From an uncultured delta proteobacterium (GTDB taxonomy: Bacteria; Myxococcota_A; Polyangia; Polyangiales; Polyangiaceae): a stretch of DNA of 64,000 nucleotides. The position numbers and the translations under genes were made by a program. Positions within the stretch are counted from its first letter, which is position 1. Each line of letters begins with the position of its first letter. A model generated the notes under the pieces. The model did no database searches. It was not told where the DNA came from and saw only the letters and a list, made by a program, of their open reading frames with translations. Below are positions 44,717-54,747 of the stretch, in pieces. The stretch is taken from assembly GCA_963841435.1 (NCBI GenBank), contig CAWJCS010000005.1, positions 128,001 to 192,000 of the forward strand. The letters are read 5' to 3'.

Positions 44717-46591
44717 CTAGTCGACCAGCGGTAGCCGGCGCGGGGACGCCTGCCGGTCGGCGCGGACGACGACGCTGAGCGGACCGTCAGGAAGCGGCAG
44801 ATTCTGGTTCTTCGCGTACACGGGGTGGCGGCCGCGCGTCTTGAACCATTCGGCGACCGTCGCAGTGCGCTTCATGCTCTCGACGATCTGACGGAAGCCG
44901 ACGCCGGTGTTGTAGGCGCAGAACGAGATCTCGCCGAGCTGTGTGCCGTAAGGAATGATGCACATCTCGGTGCGACGAAAGTCGTAGTTGTAGAGATCCT
45001 GGAACCACATGCCCGCCACGAACAAGAATCGCCATTCGAACTCGCCGGCGTCGCCCTCGCTCGCGCCCACGCGGTCTCCACTGGCTCCCATCTGGCTCGT
45101 TGCCTGGCGGAAGAGCTCGTAAAACGAGTAGCCCTTCGGGGCGCGCTCGGCGCGGTAGTTCCGGAGCAGCGAGAGTCCCATCGCCGTGAGCGTCGCCGGG
45201 CGGGAGAGCGCCAGATCCGCAACGGACTGCATGTCGGCGAGCACCGCCTCGATGTCGATGATCTCGGCGAGCGGCACCATTTGCTTGGTGCGCTTGTTGA
45301 CGAGCAGCACCGTGCCGATGCCGCAGTTCGGGTGACAGCCGCAGTTGAGCGCGCCAAATTGCGCGTCCTTGCCGAGCAAGAGATCCACCACGTCGCTCAG
45401 CGAGTTCATGGCCGAGAGCGGGAACCAGTCACGGTGGGGCTCAGTGGCGCCGAGCTGGCGGTGCACGTCCCAGGCGAGGTGCGAGAGCGTGTAGCGCTCT
45501 GCGAGGCGCCGCTCGTCCTCGATGTTCTCGTCGCGACCGGTGAAGCTCACGGGCTGAAACGAGACGACCGTGATCTTGTCGGCGTTGTCGATTGCGAAGC
45601 GCACGACGGGGCCGACCTGGGCGTCGTTGACGCCGTTGACGACGGTCACGACGAGCACGACGTCGATCCCCGCGGCGGCGAGGTTCTCGATCGCGCGGAG
45701 CTTCACGTCGAACAAGTTGCCCACCTTGCGATGCGAGTTCGCTTCGTTCGTGACGCCATCGAACTGCAGGTAGCAGAGCCTGAGTCCGGCCTCTCGCACC
45801 GCATGGCAGAGCTCCGGCTCCTGCGCGAAGCGAATGCCGTTCGTCGCGCACTGCACCGAGAAGTAGCCAATCTTTCTGGCATGGGCGATGGCGCGGAGAA
45901 AGTGCGGGCTGAGCGTCGGCTCGCCACCCGAAAACTGCACGCTGAGCTGCCGGCGCGGCTTCACGGACAGCGAGTCGTCGAGGATCTGCTGCACGTCCGC
46001 CCACTCGAGCTCGTGGACGAAGCCGACCTGATTCGCGTCCATGAAGCACGGGTCACACATCATGTTGCAGCGGTTCGTGAGGTCGACCGTGAGCACGGCA
46101 CCGCGCCCGTACTTGATCGACGAGGTGCCGTGCTTGCGGAGCGGCGTCGGCGGCGACTTCTGGTCACGCCCCGGAAACAAGCGCTCGATGCGGGACAGGA
46201 ATGCCGGGTCGATACTGATCACGTCCTCGAAGGCGCCGTGCTTGGCACACTCCTTCTGCATCACGACGGCACCGCCCTTTTCCACGATGTGAGCGCGGAT
46301 TTCGCCCGGGTGCTCGTGCAGAAAGGAGGACATCTCCATGGCGCCGGACAGCACCGCCGCCCGCGCCTCGCGCACGCATACCGGACAGAGCGAGTCGGTC
46401 TGCCGCGGCCAGCCGAGTGGCGGAAATGACTTTTGACGCCGTTTGGAAAGCGGCGCCGCCGCCCAGGGGGGCTTCAAGGTCTGCCCCGGAAGTCGCTCGC
46501 CGAGCGACATCACGAGCGGCCAGGCAAGGTTGGCGGCCCGGCCGACGAGCTTCTCGGTTCCGATTCTCAGGGCCCGGAGCGAAGCTGGCAT
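44717..46591 (-). CDS. Radical SAM protein of the MJ0619/Tes (tetraether lipid synthase) family
   Basis: SLCPVC..KECAKHG, DLTNRCNMMCDPCF, QFSGGEPT, YLQFDG, FQPVSFTGR, CHPNCG, MWFQDLYNYD, CIIPY..FCAYN. Confidence 0.8.
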   Translation of the reverse strand: MPASLRALRIGTEKLVGRAANLAWPLVMSLGERLPGQTLKPPWAAAPLSKRRQKSFPPLGWPRQTDSLCPVCVREARAAVLSGAMEMSSFLHEHPGEIRAHIVEKGGAVVMQKECAKHGAFEDVISIDPAFLSRIERLFPGRDQKSPPTPLRKHGTSSIKYGRGAVLTVDLTNRCNMMCDPCFMDANQVGFVHELEWADVQQILDDSLSVKPRRQLSVQFSGGEPTLSPHFLRAIAHARKIGYFSVQCATNGIRFAQEPELCHAVREAGLRLCYLQFDGVTNEANSHRKVGNLFDVKLRAIENLAAAGIDVVLVVTVVNGVNDAQVGPVVRFAIDNADKITVVSFQPVSFTGRDENIEDERRLAERYTLSHLAWDVHRQLGATEPHRDWFPLSAMNSLSDVVDLLLGKDAQFGALNCGCHPNCGIGTVLLVNKRTKQMVPLAEIIDIEAVLADMQSVADLALSRPATLTAMGLSLLRNYRAERAPKGYSFYELFRQATSQMGASGDRVGASEGDAGEFEWRFLFVAGMWFQDLYNYDFRRTEMCIIPYGTQLGEISFCAYNTGVGFRQIVESMKRTATVAEWFKTRGRHPVYAKNQNLPLPDGPLSVVVRADRQASPRRLPLVD

Positions 46592-46646
46592 CGGCGCGGA
46601 GCATACACGGGGTCGGCCGCGGTGCTACCTTGGTCGGCGCACCCCG

Positions 46647-47804
46647 ATGAACCTGCTCGAGCGGCCGCTCGTCATCGTCTGCGACGTACACCTTTCGCAC
46701 GACGGGCGACGAGAGACCGGTCGCGATCTCGCTCGTTTGCTCGGGCGTCACCCGGACGCGGAAGTGGTGCTAAACGGCGACATTTTCAACCTGTCGCTCG
46801 ACCCTGCGAGTCGCGATCCCGTCGAAAGCGTCATGGGGATGCTCACTCCCGAAGCGGAGCTCAAAGAAGCTATGGGGAACCACCTGCGCGCCGGCTCGCC
46901 GATCCGCCTCCTGCCGGGCAATCACGATGCCGCCCTGGCGCTGCCGGGCCTTTCGGGCCCGTTTCTCGGCTGGCTCGGGCTCGACGAGCGGGCGCCGTTT
47001 TCGATCGTCCCGTGGTTTCTTCGGCGTGGCGGGGTCCACGTCGAGCACGGCCACGTTTACGATCCGGACAACGCGCCGAGCCATCCGCTCTGCGTGCCGA
47101 GCGCGGCGACCGAGCCGCTCGGCGTTGCCCTTACGCGACGCTTCCTCGGCCCGAACCAAGCTTTCGACTTCGCGCACGCGACGGAGATCACGCCGCTCGC
47201 GGCACTCGAGCGCGCGGTCCACGTGTTCGGCCCGAGGATGCCCATGATGCTCGCGCGCTACTTCCTCGAAGCGGGGCGCTTCTGCCACCACGCTGGGTTT
47301 AGCCCGGCGCTCGCCGACGAGCTCCGGACCGGCGACGCACGGCTGGCCGAAACGGCCGAGGCAACGGGCGTCCCCGAAGGCGAGCTACGTGCCTTGCTCG
47401 ACGATCGACCGCGCCCGACGCACGAAAGCTTCGAGCGGGCCTTCTTCCGGCTGTACTTCGATCGCGTCGCGACCACGGTGGGAGCGCTCGGGCTCGTCGG
47501 CCTCGGCCTCGCGACGCGCAGTGTGGGCGTGCTCGGCCTGGGTGCGCTCTCGGCGCTTTACCTCGGGCGATCCGTGCGAGGCGGCGCGAATCGCTATGCC
47601 GGGCTACCAGTGCGGCGCTTGCGTACCGCGAGCGAGCGCGTTCGCACGCTAACGGGAGCAAGCTCGGTGATCTTCGGTCACACGCACGTGCCCGACACGG
47701 CGCCCGGCTACCTGAACCCGGGGTCCTTCACCTACCGGAGCGGCCCGGGACGACCGTACGCGTACGTCGAGCCGTCCGGTGGCGTGAGGACAGAGCTCAT
47801 CTGA
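46647..47804 (+). CDS. Calcineurin-like metallophosphoesterase (LpxH-like) with C-terminal TM
   Basis: DVHL, NGDIF, GNHD, HGH, GHTH, NPGS. Confidence 0.85.
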   Translation: MNLLERPLVIVCDVHLSHDGRRETGRDLARLLGRHPDAEVVLNGDIFNLSLDPASRDPVESVMGMLTPEAELKEAMGNHLRAGSPIRLLPGNHDAALALPGLSGPFLGWLGLDERAPFSIVPWFLRRGGVHVEHGHVYDPDNAPSHPLCVPSAATEPLGVALTRRFLGPNQAFDFAHATEITPLAALERAVHVFGPRMPMMLARYFLEAGRFCHHAGFSPALADELRTGDARLAETAEATGVPEGELRALLDDRPRPTHESFERAFFRLYFDRVATTVGALGLVGLGLATRSVGVLGLGALSALYLGRSVRGGANRYAGLPVRRLRTASERVRTLTGASSVIFGHTHVPDTAPGYLNPGSFTYRSGPGRPYAYVEPSGGVRTELI

Positions 47805-47826
47805 GGGCGCGGCGAGCCGCGCCTTC

Positions 47827-48897
47827 TCAGAAGGTGCCGGTCGCGAACAGCCCCGCGCCGTCCGTGGCGACGAGCGGCGTGAGGCGGAGCGTGGGCTCGA
47901 ACGCGGCTGGCGCGGGTTCCTTCGCGCTCTTGCTGCCGATGATGACCATGCCGACGCCGGCCGCGGCGAGCACGCCGCCGCCAATGAAGAGCACGTTCGT
48001 GACGGTGGCGAGCGACTTGGCCGAGTCGAAGTCGCTCGCGGCGCTCGTCCTGCACACTTTGTTGGAGTCGCAGGCGTCAGTCGCCTTCGTTTCTGCCGAG
48101 CGGGCCATCACGCCCGTGATGACACCGCCCACGACGGCCGCGACGCCGACGCCGGCGGTGACGAACCCGATGGTGCGCAGTGGCGAGGACTTCTTCGCCG
48201 GAGCGCCCTGATCCTGCTGGGCGGGCGTCTGCTGGGGCGGCGACTCACCGGGCTGGGCGGCAACCGCGGGCGCCGCGACGGCCGCGCCGGCCACACTGAA
48301 ATCGAAGCGATGCTCGACGGTTTTGCCGGGCGACAGCACGATCTCCCACCTCTCTTGGCGACCGTCACCCGCCGTGGCGGTGATGCTGTGAGTGCCCCCA
48401 CGCAGCCGGAGCGTCAGCGAGTCGCCCTGGAATTTGTAGGCCTGCGGGGGAACGCTGCTGCCGGCGCGCGCGTCGATGACGTTGGCGTCCGGCGAGACGG
48501 TGGTGAGGTTCACGACGGCGCTGTTGCCCGAGATGAGCAGCGAGTCGCGCTCGAGGGCCTTGCGCTCCTCGGGGTCGATGTCGTTGCCGCCGCTCTTCAG
48601 GTAGTTCGTGTAGTGCTCGAGCGCCTCGCCGTCGCGCTCGAGCTTGAGCGCGCAAAGGCCCAGGTTGCCGAGCACCTTCCAGGACCCGCTCTTCTCGTAG
48701 GCGAGCTTGAACTGGTAGTAGGCGTCCTGGTAGTTCGGGGGGGAGCTCTGGATGAGGTTGACGCCGTTGCGAAAGTAAGCCTTCGCCTCGTCCGAGATCT
48801 TGTCCTCCGCGCGAGCGATGCTCGAGCCGAAGAGGAGGGAGGCGAGCACCAGGACAGCGAGTCCGCGGCGCGCGAGGAACGTAGAAAGCATGCCCAT
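47827..48897 (-). CDS. Secreted TPR protein, myxobacterial PEGA-associated type
   Basis: Signal peptide, TPR (AYYQFKLAYE..LGNLGLC), hydrophobic helices, C-terminal GTF. Confidence 0.75.
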   Translation of the reverse strand: MGMLSTFLARRGLAVLVLASLLFGSSIARAEDKISDEAKAYFRNGVNLIQSSPPNYQDAYYQFKLAYEKSGSWKVLGNLGLCALKLERDGEALEHYTNYLKSGGNDIDPEERKALERDSLLISGNSAVVNLTTVSPDANVIDARAGSSVPPQAYKFQGDSLTLRLRGGTHSITATAGDGRQERWEIVLSPGKTVEHRFDFSVAGAAVAAPAVAAQPGESPPQQTPAQQDQGAPAKKSSPLRTIGFVTAGVGVAAVVGGVITGVMARSAETKATDACDSNKVCRTSAASDFDSAKSLATVTNVLFIGGGVLAAAGVGMVIIGSKSAKEPAPAAFEPTLRLTPLVATDGAGLFATGTF

Positions 48898-48974
48898 GGC
48901 GAGTGAGAGTGCCAGAGTGCAGGGCTTTTTTCCAGCCCGGCGCAGGTTCCGGCAGGCCTTTCGGGGCCGTTCGG

Positions 48975-49661
48975 TCACGGGCGGATGATTTGGGTGCCCT
49001 TCGGGGGGTTGAACACGAACTCCCCTGGCGGGGCCGGCCGGTTCACTTCCGTGGCGATGAAATCGAAGCGGTTGCGGTTCCCCTGGGCATCGATGAGGAG
49101 CACGCGGCGCACCTGGTAGGTTCCGATGTTGACGTACAGGATGAGGTGTTGGTAGGCAGGTGTGGGGTCGAGTGGCTCGCCGAGCAGCACGTATCCGCCC
49201 TCGAAGTTGTACTGCTTCGAGTCCCCCTTCTTGAGCTTGTGCGACTGCCGCAGGCTTCCATTGCCGACGAGGAACGCGAGCGCCGCCGGGTAGGGGCTCT
49301 TGCTCATCGGTTGCTCGAACATCTGCTTGTTTTCTTTTTCGTAAACGCGGATGAGCTTGCCGTCGGAAACGATGCGGTTGCCGTTGTTCGTGTACCGCCA
49401 GCTCATCTTGCCGGGCTTCTGGAAGATGACGGACCCGACGCCCTCCTTGGTCTTGGCGTAGGCCTTGGCGGCGTACACCTGCCGGAATCCGGCCTTGAAG
49501 GTCTTCGCCTGGTCGTAGAAGGCCTGGATGCGGTCGGCGATCTGCTCGGCCGTCGGGGCGGCCGCCGGCGGGTCCGACAGCGCGGGGGGCGCCACGCCGA
49601 ACGCGGCGGCCGCAGGCAGGAGGGCTAGAAGGGAGCGGCGGCTGAGCAACATCACTTTCAT
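48975..49661 (-). CDS. lolA: Outer-membrane lipoprotein carrier
   Basis: FKAGFRQ, KPGKMSWRY, IVSDGK, FVFNPPKG. Confidence 0.85.
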   Translation of the reverse strand: MKVMLLSRRSLLALLPAAAAFGVAPPALSDPPAAAPTAEQIADRIQAFYDQAKTFKAGFRQVYAAKAYAKTKEGVGSVIFQKPGKMSWRYTNNGNRIVSDGKLIRVYEKENKQMFEQPMSKSPYPAALAFLVGNGSLRQSHKLKKGDSKQYNFEGGYVLLGEPLDPTPAYQHLILYVNIGTYQVRRVLLIDAQGNRNRFDFIATEVNRPAPPGEFVFNPPKGTQIIRP

Positions 49662-49807
49662 TCTACGTCTCGAAACGCCGGAATGTTCTTGCAGCTTGCA
49701 GGGTCGCCCGCAAACCCCTGCGGCGGATGCCCGGCTGGGGCGCACTTTGCCGGGCGTGACGCCTCACGCCGAGCGTCGGGCCGCTGCCTGGGCCCGTTGC
49801 AGTAACG

Positions 49808-50320
49808 CTAGAACGGCCGCTTCGCCGGCCGGAGCCGGGCCACGGCGCGAATGAGCGGCGCGACGCGGAGGTGCGTGATGGCGAGCGCCAGCGCGTCGGC
49901 GGCGTCCGGCGGCGGGGATTCGGAGAGGCCGAGCGTGGCGCACACGAGCAGCGTCACCTGGCGCTTGTCGGCCTGCCCGCGACCCGCCACGGTGCGCTTC
50001 ACGCGCGCGGGGGCATACTCGGCCACACCGACCGCGGCGCGCGCGAGGCAGAGCAGCACGACGCCGCGAGCGTGGCCGAGCTTCGCGGCCGCCTGTGGGT
50101 CCTTGTGGAAGAAAAGCGACTCGACCGAGCCCACCTCGGGCCGGAAGCGCTCGATGACCTCGGCGAGCCCGCGCTCGATGGCAACGAGCCGGTCGGCGAG
50201 CGGCGCGTGTGGATCGAGCACGAGAACCCCGTGGGCGCGGTGCCGGAGACGGCTGCCCTCGCGCACGACGACTCCCCAGCCTAGGCGGCGAGTTCCGGGG
50301 TCGATACCGAGGACGATCAT
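49808..50320 (-). CDS. ruvC: Holliday junction resolvase
   Basis: LGIDPG, ESLFF, LGHARGV, G.ADK.QV, DAADALALA. Confidence 0.95.
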   Translation of the reverse strand: MIVLGIDPGTRRLGWGVVVREGSRLRHRAHGVLVLDPHAPLADRLVAIERGLAEVIERFRPEVGSVESLFFHKDPQAAAKLGHARGVVLLCLARAAVGVAEYAPARVKRTVAGRGQADKRQVTLLVCATLGLSESPPPDAADALALAITHLRVAPLIRAVARLRPAKRPF

Positions 50321-50368
50321 CCGAGGACACCTAGCATCACCTGAAAGCGTAGTATCGGTCCCGACCTC

Positions 50369-51886
50369 TTGAGCGATCCGGACATCATCGTGGTCGGCTC
50401 GGGCCCAAACGGGCTCGTGGCGGCAAACGTCCTCGCGCGCCGGGGGCTCCGGGTGCTCGTCGTGGAGGCGAATCCGCGGCGCCCGGGCGGGGCGCTCGGG
50501 TCCGAGGAGCTCACGCGACCGGGATTCTTGCACGACGTGGGCGCAGGTTTCTTCCCTTTCTCGCGCTCGAGCCCGGCATTCCGCGAGCTCGAGCTCGAGG
50601 CGGCGGGCGTGCGCTGGAAGAACGCCGCCATCGAGAGCTGCCACCCGGCGCTCGACGGCAGTGCCGCGTCCATCGTGCGCGACCCCGACGCGCAGCGAAA
50701 ATGCTTCGGTACGCCGCGCGACGGCGCCGCGTTCGCCGACCTCGCGCGCTTCCACCGCAGCATCGAGGAGCCCTTGCTCGACCTCCTCTTGTCGCCGTTT
50801 CCGACGATCGGTCCCGTTTTCCGGCTCGGCGTGCAGAAGCTCGCGCGGCTCGCGAGCCTGCTCCTCGGCTCGAGCGCGGGTCTCGCGCGCTCGCTGTTCG
50901 AGAGCGAAGCGGCCCGGCGGGTGCTCCCGTCCCTCGGGCTGCACGTTAACGTGGGCCCCGAGGACACGCTCGGCGCGCCACTCGGCTACGTGCTCGGGCT
51001 GACGGCGACGACCGGCGGCTACGCGGTGCCCGTAGGTGGCGCGCAGAGCGTGACCAATACGCTCGTGACGCTGCTCGAGAAGAGCGGCGGCAAGCTGATG
51101 CTCGGCGCGCGCGTGACCCGCGTCCTCGTCCGTCGCAGACGAGCGCACGGCGTCGTGCTCGAAAACGGCGACGAGATCCGCGCCGCGCGCGGCGTGCTCG
51201 CCTGCACGTCCGCGCCGTCGCTCTACCTCGATCTACTCGCCCGGCGCGACGTGCCGCGCTGGCTGCGGGCACGGATGCGCCGCTTTCCACTGGGTTTTGG
51301 CACGTTCAAGATCGACTGGGCGCTCTCTTCGCCCGTGCCGTGGAGCGTCGAGGCGGCACGGCGGAGCGCCGTCGTCCACGCGGGCGAGAGCATCGACGAC
51401 CTTTCGCGCTTCGTGCGCGAGGTGCGCTCGGGAGCGATCCCCGAGCGACCTTATCTCGTGCTCGGCCAGCACACGCTGCTCGACGCGACGCGCGCGCCCG
51501 AGGGAGCGCACACGCTCTACGGCTATTCACGCGTGCCACACGCCGTGTCGAGCGGCTGGGCCTCGGAGCGCGAGCGTTTCGCGGACGCCATCGAGGCGCG
51601 CATCGAGGGCCTCGCACCTGGCTTCCGTGCGACGATCCTGGCGCGACACAGCCTTGCCCCGCCCGATCTACAGGCCATGAACGCGAATCTCATCGGCGGC
51701 GACCTGGGTGGCGGGTCGAACGCCTGGAACCGCCAGCTGCTGTTTCGCCCGGTATTTCCCTACTTTCGCTACCGTACGCCGATCCGCGGCCTCTACCTTT
51801 GCTCGAGCTACGCGCACCCGGGCGCGGGCATCCACGGCATGTGTGGCTACAACGCGGCCCGCATCGCAGCGCTCGATCTCGACTAA
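50369..51886 (+). CDS. Phytoene dehydrogenase-like FAD oxidoreductase
   Basis: GSGPNGLVAA, PGFLHD, GGAQS, YRTPIRGLYLCSS..HPGAGIHGMCG. Confidence 0.85.
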   Translation: MSDPDIIVVGSGPNGLVAANVLARRGLRVLVVEANPRRPGGALGSEELTRPGFLHDVGAGFFPFSRSSPAFRELELEAAGVRWKNAAIESCHPALDGSAASIVRDPDAQRKCFGTPRDGAAFADLARFHRSIEEPLLDLLLSPFPTIGPVFRLGVQKLARLASLLLGSSAGLARSLFESEAARRVLPSLGLHVNVGPEDTLGAPLGYVLGLTATTGGYAVPVGGAQSVTNTLVTLLEKSGGKLMLGARVTRVLVRRRRAHGVVLENGDEIRAARGVLACTSAPSLYLDLLARRDVPRWLRARMRRFPLGFGTFKIDWALSSPVPWSVEAARRSAVVHAGESIDDLSRFVREVRSGAIPERPYLVLGQHTLLDATRAPEGAHTLYGYSRVPHAVSSGWASERERFADAIEARIEGLAPGFRATILARHSLAPPDLQAMNANLIGGDLGGGSNAWNRQLLFRPVFPYFRYRTPIRGLYLCSSYAHPGAGIHGMCGYNAARIAALDLD

Positions 51887-51896
51887 TCGCGAGCGC

Positions 51897-53249
51897 TCAG
51901 CGTCGGCGACGGCGCAGCCCGGCGAGCCCGAGCGCGATCAGCAGGAGCTCGGCGTAGGGGCCGTGCGCCTCGCCCGTCGAGACGGAGCAGCCACCGCGCT
52001 CGGTCGTCACGGGCTCAGCCTTCGTGCCGGTGCCGCCGTTCGCGTTGGTGCCGCCCGAGCTCTGACCGCCGCTGCCCGTACTCGTGCCGCCGGTCGAGCT
52101 CGCGCCCGTGCCGCCAGTGCCCGTATTCTCGCTGCCGCCGGACGTCGTGCCGCTCGAGCCGCCCGTGCCCGTGCCGCCGACGCCACCGATGGCGCCCTGC
52201 CCGGTGGCGCCCGAGCCGACTCCACCAGCGGAAACCGAGCCACCCGTGCCGAGCCCGCCGGTGCCGACCGTCCCGCCGGTTTCGAGCGGCATACAGGTCC
52301 CCGCGGCGAGCTCTCCCATGCCGCCTCCGGCGCCCGCAGGCGGAGCGGCGTCCATTCCGCCGCCCGTGCCGCTGGTCGTCCCGCCCGAGCCCGTCGTGCC
52401 GCTCGAGCCGGCAGTCGCACCACCCGAGCCCGTCGTACCGCTCGAGCCGGCGGTCGCACCGCCCGAGCCCGTCGTGCCGCTCGAGCCGCCCGTGGTCATG
52501 GCCGTGCCGGCGGAGCCACTCGCTCCACCCGCGCTACCGCCACCCGTGCCACCCGGCGTGCTCCCGCCCGACGAAGAGGCACCGCCAACCGCAGACCCTC
52601 CGCCCGCTCCGGTGCCGCCCGTGCCAAAGCCTACGAACGCGCAGTAGAACCCGGGAGCGCAATCGGCCTCGCTCGTGCATTCGCCGGCATCCGGGCTGCA
52701 GCGACCCGTGACCGTGCAGTCGGCCGGACAGCTTGCCGCGGTCTCGTCGCCCGTGCAGAAGGCATCGCCACAGAAGGGAGCGTTCGGGCCCCCACCGGTG
52801 CCGGGTGGGCTCGAGACCGCGCACGAGTAACCTTCGGCGCAGTCAGCGCTCGTCTCACATTCGGCGAGCACGCAGTAAAGGGTCGGCGTGCAGTCGTCCG
52901 GACACGAGTCGGCGGTTTCTTCGGGGGCCTGGCAATATCCGTCGCCGCAGACGATGGCGGGCACGGGCACGGAGCTCGCCCCCGCCGACGCACCGCCCGT
53001 TGCCGCACCCCCGCTACTCGTGCCCGCGGTGGAGCCACCGGAGCCGCTGGTACCACCCGTCGATGCCCCACCGGTGCCCGATGATGCGCCGCCGCTGCCG
53101 CTCGTCGGCGGGCTCGCTGGCTCGCAAGCAAACCCGTGACCGCAGTCGTCGTCGGTGGCGCACTCGTCGGCATGCGCCGAGCGCGATACGGTCAGGGCCA
53201 GGCCGAGGGCGGGAACCAGGTGGAGCGCGGAGCGGCGGAGGAGACCCAT
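51897..53249 (-). CDS. Cys/Gly-rich surface protein with MYXO-CTERM sorting signal
   Basis: Signal peptide; C....DC..G..C and CGD..C...E...SCP.DC repeats; ends GGCSV..LLLIALGLAGLRRRR. Confidence 0.85.
   Translation of the reverse strand: MGLLRRSALHLVPALGLALTVSRSAHADECATDDDCGHGFACEPASPPTSGSGGASSGTGGASTGGTSGSGGSTAGTSSGGAATGGASAGASSVPVPAIVCGDGYCQAPEETADSCPDDCTPTLYCVLAECETSADCAEGYSCAVSSPPGTGGGPNAPFCGDAFCTGDETAASCPADCTVTGRCSPDAGECTSEADCAPGFYCAFVGFGTGGTGAGGGSAVGGASSSGGSTPGGTGGGSAGGASGSAGTAMTTGGSSGTTGSGGATAGSSGTTGSGGATAGSSGTTGSGGTTSGTGGGMDAAPPAGAGGGMGELAAGTCMPLETGGTVGTGGLGTGGSVSAGGVGSGATGQGAIGGVGGTGTGGSSGTTSGGSENTGTGGTGASSTGGTSTGSGGQSSGGTNANGGTGTKAEPVTTERGGCSVSTGEAHGPYAELLLIALGLAGLRRRRR
52384..52490. 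repeat. 39-bp in-frame tandem repeat (GSSGTTGSGGATA, about 2.7 copies)
   Basis: cccgagcccgtcgtRccgctcgagccg repeated three times. Confidence 0.85.
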
Positions 53250-53369
53250 GCGACCGAGAGGAGCAAGCCGTGTGCCACGGCCGCAACTCCCCACTATACG
53301 CCTTTTTCGGCCGAGCACGGTCGGCAACGGGCCAATTTGTGCCAAGGCGGTGGTATCGTGCCCCCTGTG

Positions 53370-53885
53370 ATGTCGCGCTCGATCGTCGCGGCGCTCGGTG
53401 TCGTCTGCGCGCTCGCCGGGTCGTGCAAGCTCGCCCGCAACGAGGAGCAGTCCGATCGGGCCCTGCCCCCGCCGGAGCCCGCGGCGAGCGCCCTTCCAGT
53501 GAAGGTGGAGGAGCGAGACCCGCAACCCGTGGCTCGCCCCCGTGAGACGGAGCACGCGCCGTCGCAACCCGCGCCGGCCGCGGCGCCCGGGCCTGCCGCT
53601 ACGCCAGCCAGCCCCACCACGCCGACAGCGACAGCGACGGCGGCTGCGCCCGCCACCGCCGCATCGTCGAGCGCACCCGCCCCGCCCTCCTCCGCCCCCG
53701 CGGCCGTGGCCGTCCCCACGATGCCGACCGCCCTGCCGAACGCCAATTGCCTCCCGAAGTGCCAGTCGAGCCTGCAGGCCTGCGTCGCTCGTCCGGTCTC
53801 GCTGGACGCCGGCATGCCGAGCCTGGAGTCGATGGCCGAGTGCCGGAAGGCCTTCGAGGACTGCCGCACCGCGTGCACACCCTAG
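53370..53885 (+). CDS. Pro/Ala-rich lipoprotein with C-terminal Cys-helix domain
   Basis: Lipobox-like AGSC; CLPKC..LQAC and CRKAFEDCRTAC. Confidence 0.7.
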   Translation: MSRSIVAALGVVCALAGSCKLARNEEQSDRALPPPEPAASALPVKVEERDPQPVARPRETEHAPSQPAPAAAPGPAATPASPTTPTATATAAAPATAASSSAPAPPSSAPAAVAVPTMPTALPNANCLPKCQSSLQACVARPVSLDAGMPSLESMAECRKAFEDCRTACTP

Positions 53886-54027
53886 CGTCTCGACGCGAGA
53901 CGGTCCGGCGCGGAGTTTTCTCAAGGAAGCGGCAAAATTGCCGTTCGTTAACGGCGTGTTCGGCGCGCGCCCGAGCTCGAGAAGCGGACCCGTTGACTGA
54001 ACGCTCGCGCCGGAGCCTGCGGCCGTT

Positions 54028-54747
54028 TTACACCTTCAGGCTGAAGGGCGTGAACTTCGTGTCGCGGTCGAAATAGTCCTCGTGCTCGGCGCGTTTGAAG
54101 AACGCCACGACGCGGTAGGTGAGCGGCGTCGCAACGACCTCCCACCCGACCTTGATCAGGTAGTTTGCCAGCATCACGCGCACGAGCAGGTCGTTGGGCA
54201 TCCAGCCTTCACCGTAGAAAGCCAGGGGATAGAAGATCACGGTGTCAACGGCCTCGCCGGCGATCGTCGAGCCGATCGTGCGCGAGAAAAGCCAGCGGCC
54301 GCCCGTGAGCACCTTCATCTTGGCGAGCGTGTAGGAGTTGACGAACTCGCCACAGAAGTAGGCGATGAGCGAGCCGAGCGCGACGCGCCACGTGGCGCCG
54401 AACGCCCATTCGAGCTGGGCTTGGTCGGTGAACTGGTCCGCGGGCGGCAGGCCCACGACGACGAAGCTCTGAAACGCCGCGAACGCGAGCGCCGCGAAGC
54501 CCGCCCACACGACGCGCCGCGAGCGCGCGTAACCGTAGACCTCGGTGAGCACGTCGCCGAACAGGTACGCGATGGGAAAGAATAGATTCCCCGCGCCGAA
54601 CGCGAAGAGCTCCTTCCCGTCCAAGGCGACGTGCGTGATCTTGCGCACGCCGATCAGGTTGCTGCACAAGAGCACGCAAACGAACGCGGCCATGACTAGG
54701 TCGTAGTAGCGGTAGCGGCGCGCCGGACGGTGCGCGTCGTCAGCCAT
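54028..54747 (-). CDS. yhhQ: Queuosine precursor transporter (VUT family)
   Basis: FP..YLFGDVLTEVYGY, SLIAY, RTIGSTIAGE.VDT. Confidence 0.88.
   Translation of the reverse strand: MADDAHRPARRYRYYDLVMAAFVCVLLCSNLIGVRKITHVALDGKELFAFGAGNLFFPIAYLFGDVLTEVYGYARSRRVVWAGFAALAFAAFQSFVVVGLPPADQFTDQAQLEWAFGATWRVALGSLIAYFCGEFVNSYTLAKMKVLTGGRWLFSRTIGSTIAGEAVDTVIFYPLAFYGEGWMPNDLLVRVMLANYLIKVGWEVVATPLTYRVVAFFKRAEHEDYFDRDTKFTPFSLKV

Noticed and set aside
49808-50320. RuvC as a transposon- or Cas-associated nuclease
   Set aside because: Canonical 170-aa Holliday junction resolvase with no IS ends or array nearby
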